DNA of 64,000 bases from Tubulanus polymorphus (lineage: Eukaryota > Animalia > Nemertea), in NCBI RefSeq assembly GCF_964204645.1, contig NC_134036.1, positions 3,162,001 through 3,226,000 of the forward strand, read 5' to 3'. Under the pieces are notes generated by a model. It ran no database searches. It had not been told where the DNA came from and saw nothing but the letters and a program-made list of their open reading frames with translations. The stretch's first letter is position 1, and the number at the start of each line of letters is the position of its first letter. Made by a program: the position numbers and the translations under genes. This document shows, in pieces, positions 13,301-25,300 of the stretch.

Positions 13301-16300
13301 AATTACTATCATTCTTGTCGAAAAAAATCACTAGGAAAAAGACAGAAATGATATAGTCGCTTCCGCATAATTATCAATTTGAATTTATGTTAGAATTTTT
13401 TCGACAAAGAAAAGTCTAGATGAAAGTCATTAAAAATTATCCAAATTTTGATCGAGGAGACCTGTCATCTGATAGAATATCTAATGCAGCATAGGCTCCT
13501 CATCGCTCAATTTATATCAATATCTTGTCTCTCAGTTTTTCGATGGGTTAATTACTTTTTTCTGGGGCGTTTTATTAAGAAGTAACTGAATTTTGATCGA
13601 GTTGTCCTATCATTATCCGTGCTGTATGATAGGAAAGCTGGTAACACAGGCTCACTCCCCATTCATTAGTCAATGTCAATACGCTGTCTCTTAATGTTTT
13701 TCAATGATTTTAATGCTTCCCTCTGGTTTTTCCCGTTCGTAGCTCTACAAAGAGGTAAATCGGTGAAAACTCGTTTGGCGAATTTTTCAACTGCGCTCGA
13801 ATCGATTCAGGCAGAAGACAGTGAACCGATCGAGGTCGAGGACGACGCTGACATTCCGTAAGTTATTTTAGGCTCGAAATTATTCGCGTTTAAGGGAAGT
13901 TATTTTCTTCAGAAATGTAAACTGAAGTGAAGGCCAACTCTAGGCAAATCTAGGCAAAAATCTGCAAGGCACCGCTGTATTCAAACCACAAGAACAAAAC
14001 ACAAGATTACTAGCAGGGCATGGTTCCACAGTTGTGTGTTAGAGTTAACTCTGAGTTAAAGTTCATTCATTTTCAATGTTTTAACTCTATAGAGTCAAAT
14101 TTAACTCAGAACCGTGGAACTTGGTCCGCTATTTAGCTATTTACAGCCAATTGAATCCCAAAAATATAAAAATACTCACAGAATCAGAGTAATTCCTGAG
14201 TTAATTTTCGATTAAACTATTACCTATTATTATTAAACTACTATCTTTGACGTTGATTTACTTGAAACTGTCTACACTTAGTAGAGATATCAGATATTCC
14301 GATCTGCTATGTTTATTGTGTTTTTATTTACAGACCGGGTGGTATACCGGCTCGTAACGCACGCGGAGAACGTCTGCTACTATACGTCGGTATCATCGAT
14401 ATTCTACAGTCGTATCGATTTAAAAAGAAATTCGAGCACACGCTTAAAAGTATCGTCCACGACGGGGTGAGTTATAGCCAACAATGTGAATACCTCGCTG
14501 TGAACAGGCGGCCACTGACCTGGGAATACTCGGAAAACTTTAACCCAGGGGCTAACTCAATTCATTTTCAATTGAGTTAACCCCTGATAATACCTGTTTA
14601 TAAAACCAGCCCCAGGGTATCAGAATAATCAAGTATGAATTTTACCAAAAACCTGAAAAACTCAGGGAATTCGAATCATGCTACTGACCACGTGTTTCTT
14701 TTTCAATATGTGAAGCACGAATTGTAACATTTGTAGCCTAGAAGTTTCTTTTGATTGACTCAGGGGGAATTTGTTGTAATCACTTGAAAATCAGGGGAAA
14801 CTCAAGGGAATCGTAAATGGGCGGAAAGTGGCGCCGCCCTTTATGACATCATCTAATTGATGTGGTAATGTCATAATAGGAATTCCTGGAAACTGACCTG
14901 ATTATTTTCTCTATTTCTAGGATACTATATCGGTACATCGACCTAGTTTTTATTCAGAACGATTCCGCAATTTCTTCAGTCAAACCGTGTTCAAGAAAAT
15001 ACCCTCACGTAAGTAACAACAACCGTACGGCGCTTGTGTTTACCTTTAGCCCTGTCCCTCGCGTACGGAAATGCGATAGCTTTGTCTTCATTTCCCTTCT
15101 GACCACCCCCTCTTGATTGAAATATATTTTCCATGTTGAATAAGCTGCTGTATTATGACAGAATCGAGATGTCCACAGATGAACTCATAAAGATTTTTAG
15201 ATTCAAACCGGTCTCGATGATTTACGTTACCGAGATGTGATAATCTGTCATTTGAATGCTCGTTATTTGCCAAACATCTGAGTGCTACTGTTCCTTTTTT
15301 GGTGGCATTAAAACTAACAGCATTTTAGGCTGATGTATATATAAATACATCTATTCATAATGATTGTGTGTTTGCATCGCCTCAGAAGTCTATTGCTCTC
15401 ACTTTTCATTCATTCCTCAGTTTTTTAGAAGTCTATGCGCATGTGCAACCCAAATTTTGGGATGATTGGAGTCAAGATGGCCGACTGGCAGCCATTTTAA
15501 CTTTGCCAAAATCACTATGTTTGCTTATTTTTTCAGTTTTCGTACAGAATTTTGAAAATTCTTTGTTCAGTTATCTTGATATTTGGTATGTACGTGTAAC
15601 TAGTCTAGCCACATGTGCAGCCCAAAAAGTGGGTTGATTAGAATCAAGATGGCCGACTGGCAGCCATTTATGCTTGAAAACATCGGCGCTTCTACATGAT
15701 TTTCAGGTTTTGATGCAAAATTTTGAAAATACTTCAATCAACTGTCTTGATATTTGTTTTATGATTGTATCTACCATAGTCACACCTGCTGCCTAAAACA
15801 TTTGCATGTTCAGAATCAAGATGGCTGACTGGTAGCCATTTATGCTGGCAAAATCATGACTTTAACGCATTTATGAGGTTTTCTGGGAAAATTCTGAAAA
15901 TGCTTTGATCAATTAGTTTGATATTTCGTGTGTACATGTTACTACTCGAGCTTCACCTGCAGCCTAAAAATTGGATTGATTGGAATCAAGATGGCCGACT
16001 GGCAGCCATTTATGCTTGCAAAATCAGCACCTTTGCAAATTTTTAAGGTTTTAATGCGAAATTTTGAAAATTCTTTGTTAAGTTATCTTGATATTTGGTG
16101 TGTACGTGAAACTAGTCTGGGTACATGAGCAGCCCAAAAATTTGGTTGATTGTAGTCAAGATGGCCGACTGGCAGCTATTTATGCTCGCCAGAATCAGCA
16201 CATTTACTAAAAAATATTCAAAGGTATTGATTTTGGCATACAAAAATGGCTACGAGTCGGCCATCTTGATACTGTTGACATAAATTTTTTTTGCAGCAGG

Positions 16301-19300
16301 TGTGACTATGGTAGATACAATCATAAAACAAATATAAAGACAATTAATTGAAGTATTTTTAGAATTCTGCATGAAAACCTTAAGAATTAGGTTTCCGTAT
16401 GAAATTTTGAAACTGCTTTGATCAAATTGTCTTGATATTCATGTTATAATTGCATATACCATAGTTACACCTGTAACCCCAAAAATCAGCTTGATCAGAA
16501 TCAAGATAGCTGACTGGCGAACAGTTTTGGTTACTAAAATCAACACTTGTATAAATACTTTGATCAATAATTGTCTTGATCAGTAACAGGATGGCTGGCT
16601 TTAACGGAATTGTCAGATTGTTGAGCATTTCAACCAAGTAGGCATCGCGTCCCTATATAAATACCCTTTCGTATGATAGACTTTTTCTTGTGTTTAAGTT
16701 GCTTTTTGTTTAAATCATATTTCTATTCATTTTATTTTCATTTTGTATTTTTCGTCATTTATTTTCTTATTATTTTTTCTTTTTCCTTCTCCGCGACCCG
16801 CGATCGTTTGCCTCTATAATCATTCAATGTGCTCAGATCGATGTAAGTTTCGAATTACGTAACAATGCATTTTGTGCTGCGGCGGATCTGTTTGTTGTGT
16901 ATAGGTGTGGTGCGTAATCCTTCCACCAGAGGGCAGGCCAACTTACCCCATTGACATTGCCAAATCTAGTCGAAATAGTCAATGTTTTAAATACGCGATT
17001 CGTAGATAAATTCGTGATTAATTATGTCGTAGTTTATCACGTTCATGGGCCCTAAAATAATCAAGGCCCGAGATGAACAGAATAAGTTGTGAAAATTAAC
17101 TAAACCTTTTGCCAATCGGCGACTTAACAATTCATGTATCATATCAAGTTATCAACTTCGTCTTATCGTTTATAATCTCTCCATATATATCAACTTATCG
17201 CTTATCACGATATCAACTAATATCTGTTCGACACTCATTTATCTTATCCACAAAAACCGAAAGAACATCAATCTCAAACAAACAGTGTGTACGATTTTTT
17301 TCTCTTCAATTCACACAAATTTCTTTTCCTTCCACGAAATTTCGGAACGGTCTCTCGGCGGTCTTATTTCGACTGATTTATTTTTATTGAGAAGCGTTTT
17401 CACATTATCTCGTCCTTACTTTGTAGAACAGTGTATTTATGTTGATTGTAATATAGTGGATTTGAATTCGTAGTATTCACAGGAAGCACTTCGTGTCTAA
17501 GCGCGCGCGTGCACACACACATACACACTTTATCATACACATGTTTTAGAAATATTTTTTTGTTGGATATTTTTTTCGGAGTTTGTTTTTGATAGCGTTG
17601 AGGTCACTGTTTTCGGTATATATATGTATATATAGTATTGTCAGTTATATATGAAATGACACTAATGATTTGTCTATTGCGTTTTGATACTGTCCATTTG
17701 TGAATCCAAGAGTGCCAGAATTTGTTACAATATCCAGAGCTGCCAACTGTTCCTGATTTTCAGTATTTGTTACTATTTGAGAACAAGCAATAATTTGCAA
17801 ACAGAAATATGAAAGGTGTTACTGAGGGTCTTAATGTTGATTACTGATTAATTTGAACATTTTCCTTCATATTTCAATGAAATGTTACTGAAATTAATTC
17901 AATTCATTACTGATAGGATTTTTCAGAGGTTGGCAGCCCTGCACCCAGCAGAGAGTAGGCACAAGTAGGCATGGAGTTATCCATAAGATTACTCCGGTTA
18001 ATTGGAAATAATTTAATGACTTGTTATTGAGTAGATATCTGACGTTGCAAAGTTCTGCACTCTTGGCAGCATTTCTTTTTATAAATTCTTTTTCCTTAAG
18101 ACAGTTATATTTTAACTCTAATATATATGCAGCATATATGGCTTCAGACCCAGTTCTACATTTGTGAGACTGTTCTATGAATATTGAACAGTGCTAAACA
18201 GTCACTGATGCCCACTGACCTGGAAAACCTTGAAAACTCAGGGAAAAAACTCAAGTGGGAATTTTACAAATTTTACCAAAAACCTGGAAAACACGCGGAA
18301 TTCGGATAATGCTATTGATCGTGTGATTCATAAAAAATGAATAATTTTATGACATCTTAAAGCTAGAAATTTCTCTGATTCACTCAGGGCGAATTTTATG
18401 TAATCACAGGGGAAACGCAGTGGTTTGTAAATGGGCTGAAAGTGGTGCTGCCAGTGTTCAATTCAAATTCTCATCTTATTCATCCTAACGACTCAGTTCC
18501 TTAAACTGGCACAGCTGTTAAACTGGGTCCTTACCCGCCATTCGTTTTCGACGATGAACCCCGGAAATTATAAATCACGAGAACTTAAATCACACAACTG
18601 CGGAACCGGGTCGTGTCATGTAATAATGTTTATTTTCTCCATGTGGTGGCGCTACTTACTACAGATGGCGGCGTTCGTGAATTTAAAACGAATTGTTGTT
18701 GTCGTGTGCATTTCATTATTATTACTATTATTATTATTATTATTTTATTTTCTTCATATCTCTTTCTCTTTTTTCTCGTGAACAGTTGACCAACCACAGG
18801 TGAAGGGAGTACACGTGCGTTTTCGCAAATTGGTCCATTTAGGTACGAGTTATGCTCATCCATAAAATCAATATCTCTCATCATTGTCATCGTCGATGTA
18901 TTACTCTCCTTTCGCTGTGGACCACTCGCCTTCCAATAGAGACCGACCTCCGCGGCCAGCTTCACGGAAAAGTTTCACTGAATAAGTTCACGATTAGTTT
19001 TACTAATGATGATTCTTAATCTTCGATGAGCTCTGTTTTGGCTACTTTGCGTTGTCAGTAGCAGGGTGGCCACTGACCTGGAAAACTCCTGGAAAGAATC
19101 TAGTAGAAATCAGGGAAAAAACTCAAGGAATTTTACAAATTTTACCAAAGACCTGGAAAACTCAGGGAATTCAGATAATGCTATTGACCAAGAGTTTCTT
19201 TATCAGTACATGATTCTTTATCAGTACATGATTCAACGAAAATGCATGAATTGTAACATTTTAAACCTAGAAATTTCTCTCATTGACTCAGCGGGAATTT

Positions 19301-22300
19301 TATGTAACCACATGGAAAAATCAGGGAAAACTCAAAGGATTTGTAAATGGGCAGACAGTGGTGCCACCCTGTGTAAAAGCAATGTACCAATTCGTCAAAC
19401 CTAACCTCTATTCTCAGCTGAAACTTTTTCACGAAATCTGGTGGACCCTGTCCTGAATCAAAGGCATGATGTCGGATGATTTTGCGCAGGCTGAACCACT
19501 GCGAAAGGAGAGTAATACAGCTACTACTACTAGTAATACTACTACTACTATTATTACTATGGCGCCCTCTTTGTTTCATTATATATACTACACATATTTA
19601 TATATATGTATATATTACATAGAAATTTGTAATTGTTTTATATACAAGCCATTATTCGCAGAGCGCCACCTTTTATTATCGAAGTTTACTTTTCTACAAA
19701 GAACGAAGAAAAACAATTGGCATTTTTGGCGTTTTAAACAAAATTATTTTTGGCTGTTATTGAGAAGAATATTTGGCTGTTTTTATTTACCCAAGAAAAA
19801 GAGGTGCCTTAAATTCGCTGTACATTTTTTTACTCCGAAGATAGATTTAGAATACTTTTTTTAGTGAATATTTCCGACGTATCGCGGCGTAGTTCAATTT
19901 CAAATGAAAAGAAGTCGGAAAAAAATCTCATGCGGAATTCCTGAATATATTCATTCTTCAGGATAGTTTGAATTGAAAATGAACTACACCGCCGTATTGC
20001 TACAGTAGTACGACTTATTAGTATCGGGATGGAAATACCTCACTTGCCACAGCTGGAATATGAGAACATTTCAATGAATACGACAACCAAGAATCGATTA
20101 ATTTGCACGCTGTGGAAAGTGAGGTTTAGAAAGTGTAGAAATAGGATTTCTTCTTTTTTTTCGATAGTGATAATTAATCAAGAGAATTAATTACTGGTGT
20201 AGATGATTTCTGTAAATTCTGTGATTCAATTGCTAATCATTCGACCATAGATCATTCATTTAGAAGGCAGAACATTTTTTTTGCTTAGCCGCCCGATTAA
20301 GAAATGAAATCTATATATCATATATATTTTTACGACAAGACGAATGCTACTTTATAGGTTAACTAGTTTATCAGACGTATGGAGCTTTTGTTACTAACAC
20401 ATATGCAGTAGAATCTGGTTAGTAGCGAAGGATTGTGCGTCTAATGAACTAGTATTCTATAAAGTACTATTCATCACGTATTTATTCGACAACAGGTTAA
20501 TGCGGCTCCTCTACAAATTTTCTCATGTTACTTAATTGATTATTAGTCCTTAGAAAAAAATTTGCCGCTTCGATTTCTCGATGATGAAATTCATGTAGCT
20601 AGAAAATTGATTTCGAATGAAAATTTGAAATTCGAATACCACTGCATTGTATATAACTTCTGTTCTGTTTTTGTTTCCGTACAAAGCGAGAGTTGAACTG
20701 GGTATGTAAATACGTACACCCTCCCCTGGAGGTGGTCGCCGCCGGTTTGGTATATTCGTACACCTCCCCCTGGTGAATTCCCTGTATATAAACGACACCT
20801 ACCCCTCGGTTGCCCGGTTACTCTTCATTTCCCTGAATTAATCTCCGTTTAAGTCGATCTTCGAAAAGTATTTCGTGTGAAATCGAATTGTAAAATTCCC
20901 AATATTTGCCGCACTTTTTTATTTCAATATCGTGTTCATGGTGATTTGACCTTTTACTGTCCTTCAGGTGACCTCGTAATAGTGACCTTGTCGAGTCATG
21001 TCTTTTTATCATTTCCAATCTTGGTTCAGTTGCCCCTACTACTAAGCATCGAAATACATCTAAATGGGTGTCCCAGTCATAGACATTTTTGGAACAATTG
21101 AATTCTCTTTACCTAGCCCTAGCCTCCGGTAACCAAACCCTTCAGATATTGTAGTGAGAATGATGTCTGGATGATCAGGTTTTTAAAAGTTTCCTTTTTC
21201 TAAATTCGGGACCGGTTCCACCATTCAATTTGACTCTGAGTTATCTCCTTGAAAATGAACTACATGTAATTGTAACTTAAGATAACTCCTAACTGTTGTT
21301 CGTAGATCATATTCACCTATGATAGTCTCGGGTGAAAATGCTGAACGTTTGTGAGATATCGCGAAAGAATACTGGTAAAATATGTAATGTCTGAAGGGGT
21401 TGCCCGGGTACTGGCTACGGATTCATATTCCCTCTTTCAAGATTTCACGAATTGAAAATAACTCGATTGAAAAATTGAAACTGCTTTTTCTCAGGTTGCA
21501 TTTTATTAATTTCGCTTCTGTTTTTGTAATACAATCCAGCTGTTTTGACTTAGTTGCGCGGCAGTGATTTTGATTTTCAGTTTCAGTGATGTTATATTTG
21601 CAGTGCCTGTGTCGTACGTCGTACGAAGAAACTAAGCATTTTTTTCGTAATAATTTTTTGTTGTTTTTCAGCCTACGGTAAAAATAATATAAAAATGTAT
21701 ATTGTATATTTGTATATGTTTTTTCTTTCCGAAACAATTTGCTAATGATTAATTTGCTGGGATTTTCTTTTTGTATTTCTTAGGCAGGTTTCGATTTCGG
21801 TTCGGGAATAGCGATTCCGGATTGCAAACTCTTTACCGGCCGTTTCTATCAGGTTTACAAAGATTACACGCCTCTGGAAAAGGTATAGAGCGTATTCTGA
21901 TCGAAATGAAGGCGCCAGAATAGAATTTCGGAATCAGAAAAGACCAATTGATACCTTCCAAACTCTACTGGCCGCTTCTGTCAGGTTTACACAGATTATG
22001 CTATTCCGGAATTGGTAGAACAAGTAATTCTGATCGAAATGATCGCGCCAGAAGAGAATTCGGGAATCGGTAGAGACCAATCGAAACCTGCCTTGTTGTT
22101 CAAATACTTTCCAACTATCAAAGTTTAAGTCTCAGTATATGAGTGCAGTCACAGTTATTTCGTAGTAAGCACTGATTATTCAATACCGTATCAATGTTTT
22201 ATGTAGTTGATGGAACACAGGAATTCATGAAATAAAAAAACCCTATCCTAGACCTACACTGCCCCCTGGTGGCTCGGTGTGACTTTACGAATGCTTCCTA

Positions 22301-25300
22301 ACAGACGTTTTTACTGATCTAATAAATGAAGAACACGCTTCAGTCCGTCCTCTCACTATATCACTGACTGACGTGCTTCGTATTTTGTGTATGGAACCGT
22401 CCAGAAAATCTAATTACATGTTCGCAGTCAAATTTGTCTTTTAAAACCCTCAGATTCTAACTGATAACTGTGTAAAAAGATTATTTGATAACATGATGAT
22501 AGAATTTGCTGTGCTGTTTCTGATAATAATAAAAAACAACTGAACCTCAGTTTTGGGCAAGAAAAAATATATTGATATTAATAGTCCCTTCTGTAAAAGA
22601 TGCTGCCCTCCGAAATCAGACTATGACATCATAGAATCAAATGAGAATATGCAATTATTACTGGGTGATTTGTTGATGTCATTGGGTCTTTGGGAAGTTG
22701 CCATCTTTTACAAAGGGTCAAAAAGGTTAGTTGAAAATAGGAAGATTTATAACATTTTATAAAGTGAAAATACTCCTGAAATTGTAGAAATTGATTTCAT
22801 GTCCGTAAGTGTCAGTCATTTCGTTACAGTTATTCATTGTGGCACAATCTATTTTCAATTTTGTTTAGCGTTGAAGCATTCTCCCTCAAAAAAGAAAGGA
22901 TATCGACCTCGGTCTGCGTCGCAGGCCGCGACGTCCGACATCGAACGAGTGAAAGACCCTCGAGAACGTGCCGCTACAATGGACGATCCTGGTAAGACTA
23001 TCAGAAAAGTGGCAGGGTCCTTTATTCTGCAAAATCCTCTTGAAAACTCGGTATATCCAGGAATGACTGATCCGTAGGGACCCTGGATGGCTGCTTCCAT
23101 AAATCCCTGTATAACAATGTTAACTAGAACGTCATTTTTTAGGTTCGACTCGACTATTTTCATTACAACAATCTTTATTTATGTTCCATAGCGATGGGAG
23201 CAATCGGAGGTCGTCCGGATCTGTTACCGGAGACGTCGACTCCGCCTCCTCCATTCGACGAGGCGACTAATCAACCTCAACAATCAACTAGTCCACAAGA
23301 TAAAGATATCAGGTAGCAAATGAATTCCGTTCGTCGATGTGTGGTAGGTTAGATTTGTGTTTTTGAAACGTCTTTATTTGATTCCGTTACAGGAATAGTG
23401 GTGGCGCCGGTAGTGCTATGACTAGTCCCGTACACAACGGTGTTAATTACGGACTATCTCCGGCCCCGTCGGTCACGGAGTCGACTCCGACCCACACGGA
23501 TTTCACCGAGGGTACGCCAAGTTATACAACCTCATCTCACAGTCTGTGTAGTGATACTTTAGGTAATTGTATGTGTGAATGTCCCCATCTCTCTGTCTCT
23601 TAATGCCTTCTCCCAACTCGATAGCTTTACACCTCCCCCTGACTATCTGGCACTCCGATCTATCACTCCGTCTTTTTTCCGTCTATCCAATTTATACCTT
23701 CATCTGTCTCAATTATTTCCACTGTCACACCTTCGCCTGATAAGATCTTAAACTTCTGACTGCCCGAACCCTTAATAAGAGAAACCAGCAATATCCATTC
23801 AAACAACTGAGATTTTTATTACATTTCGCGCAGAATCCTTCCACCCATCTTCGGAGATTATTTGAATGATAACAGTTATAGTTGGGGTTGCTAATTCGCA
23901 CTAGGAACCTCTCCAGTAGGGATATAAATAGAGGATAGAACAAAATGAGACAAAACCTACTGGCCTTATTCTCTACCACTTAATTATTCATCACTTGATC
24001 TGTTTGGCCTTCTAGTATTTCTTAACTCCTCTAGACCTCAATTCTACCTCATATTTCTGCCCAGCTCTCCTATAACTCATTCTTTCCATTCTTCATTTCT
24101 TCTCCGTATTGCTCCATGCTATGTAGCGTACTAGTTACATCGTTGTTGTAACTATGTTGTAACCTCCTTCATTATTATATATCTATATTAACATCAGCGA
24201 CGACAAAATCATTCTCAATCGGCGTCGTTATCACTCATGATACAGTAAACTACGAATATAGCTGAAATCGTTCATAATTTCTTGCGATGTTTCCAGAGCA
24301 ACAACCGGTAACAGGAAGTAACGAAACCGTACAGCAACGTAAAACGAGTAAATCGAGCTCAGAAGGAAAATCGGGATCAGACGTCGTAAGTATTCTAAAT
24401 TGTCACAAATTTTGAATCCGAGCACGCACATATACTACACACATACACTTAGATCATAGAACGAATTCCACCTATAAGCACAAAATATCCTACTATTACA
24501 AATATATTATGATTATTAGATTGATTAAGTTATTGATTTATCCATAATCCTTATTTGATATGACATGATTATCTTGTTATTTGCATATATCATACTCCCT
24601 GGCAGTGATTATAACCTTGATGGCAGAGTCCCCTGATGCCAACAGGTTTGAATCCTGGCGTTTGATGATTATAATCCGCACTGCACTGATGATTAGTTGA
24701 AATGTTTCTTTAATAATATCTCCCCCATATTGCTGATTATTTGTTGTTTAGATCGGTTGGATTTTGATTTTGCATCCTTATCATCAAGCGTGAATGTATC
24801 AGTCCTCTTTTCTTATGCTTCTTCTCCCGTGCGTTGTCAGAGGCCTTTCTCGACCACTTCGTAGATAGAAAATGGCTTATTCCGATAGATTGAAATTAGT
24901 CGCATCTTCACTCATATCTCCATAAGACCTATCATTTCTCTTTGTAACGCTTGAGTAATATGTTTTCGAGTTTCTTCAAGTCCTTTTGCCAATTCGGTAA
25001 TGAGGCCACTATCTTAAACTTTGGTCTAGTAGACATTTTCATAGTGTCATTCATGCTTATGAGGTTTTGCGATAAATCTACATTTCTACCGCTTATTTCA
25101 ATTATGCCTATGATTGTACTATCTGTGAATGTGCATTACGTTCATTTTACTGATTTCGACCTTATTTCGTAAGCATTAGAATTCAGTTTGGTACGTATCA
25201 ATCGGAGTTGTGCGTAAAACAGTCATGTTGTTCGATGATGATCCTAAACTCCCTCTTTTCTCAACTTTGTCTTCCTTGGATCATGATTCGAAAGATAACC

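Noticed and set aside
20962-20976. CCTTCAG|GTGACCTC|GTAATA microexon or recursive splice site
   Set aside because: It is 8 nt (frame-shifting) with a weak donor.
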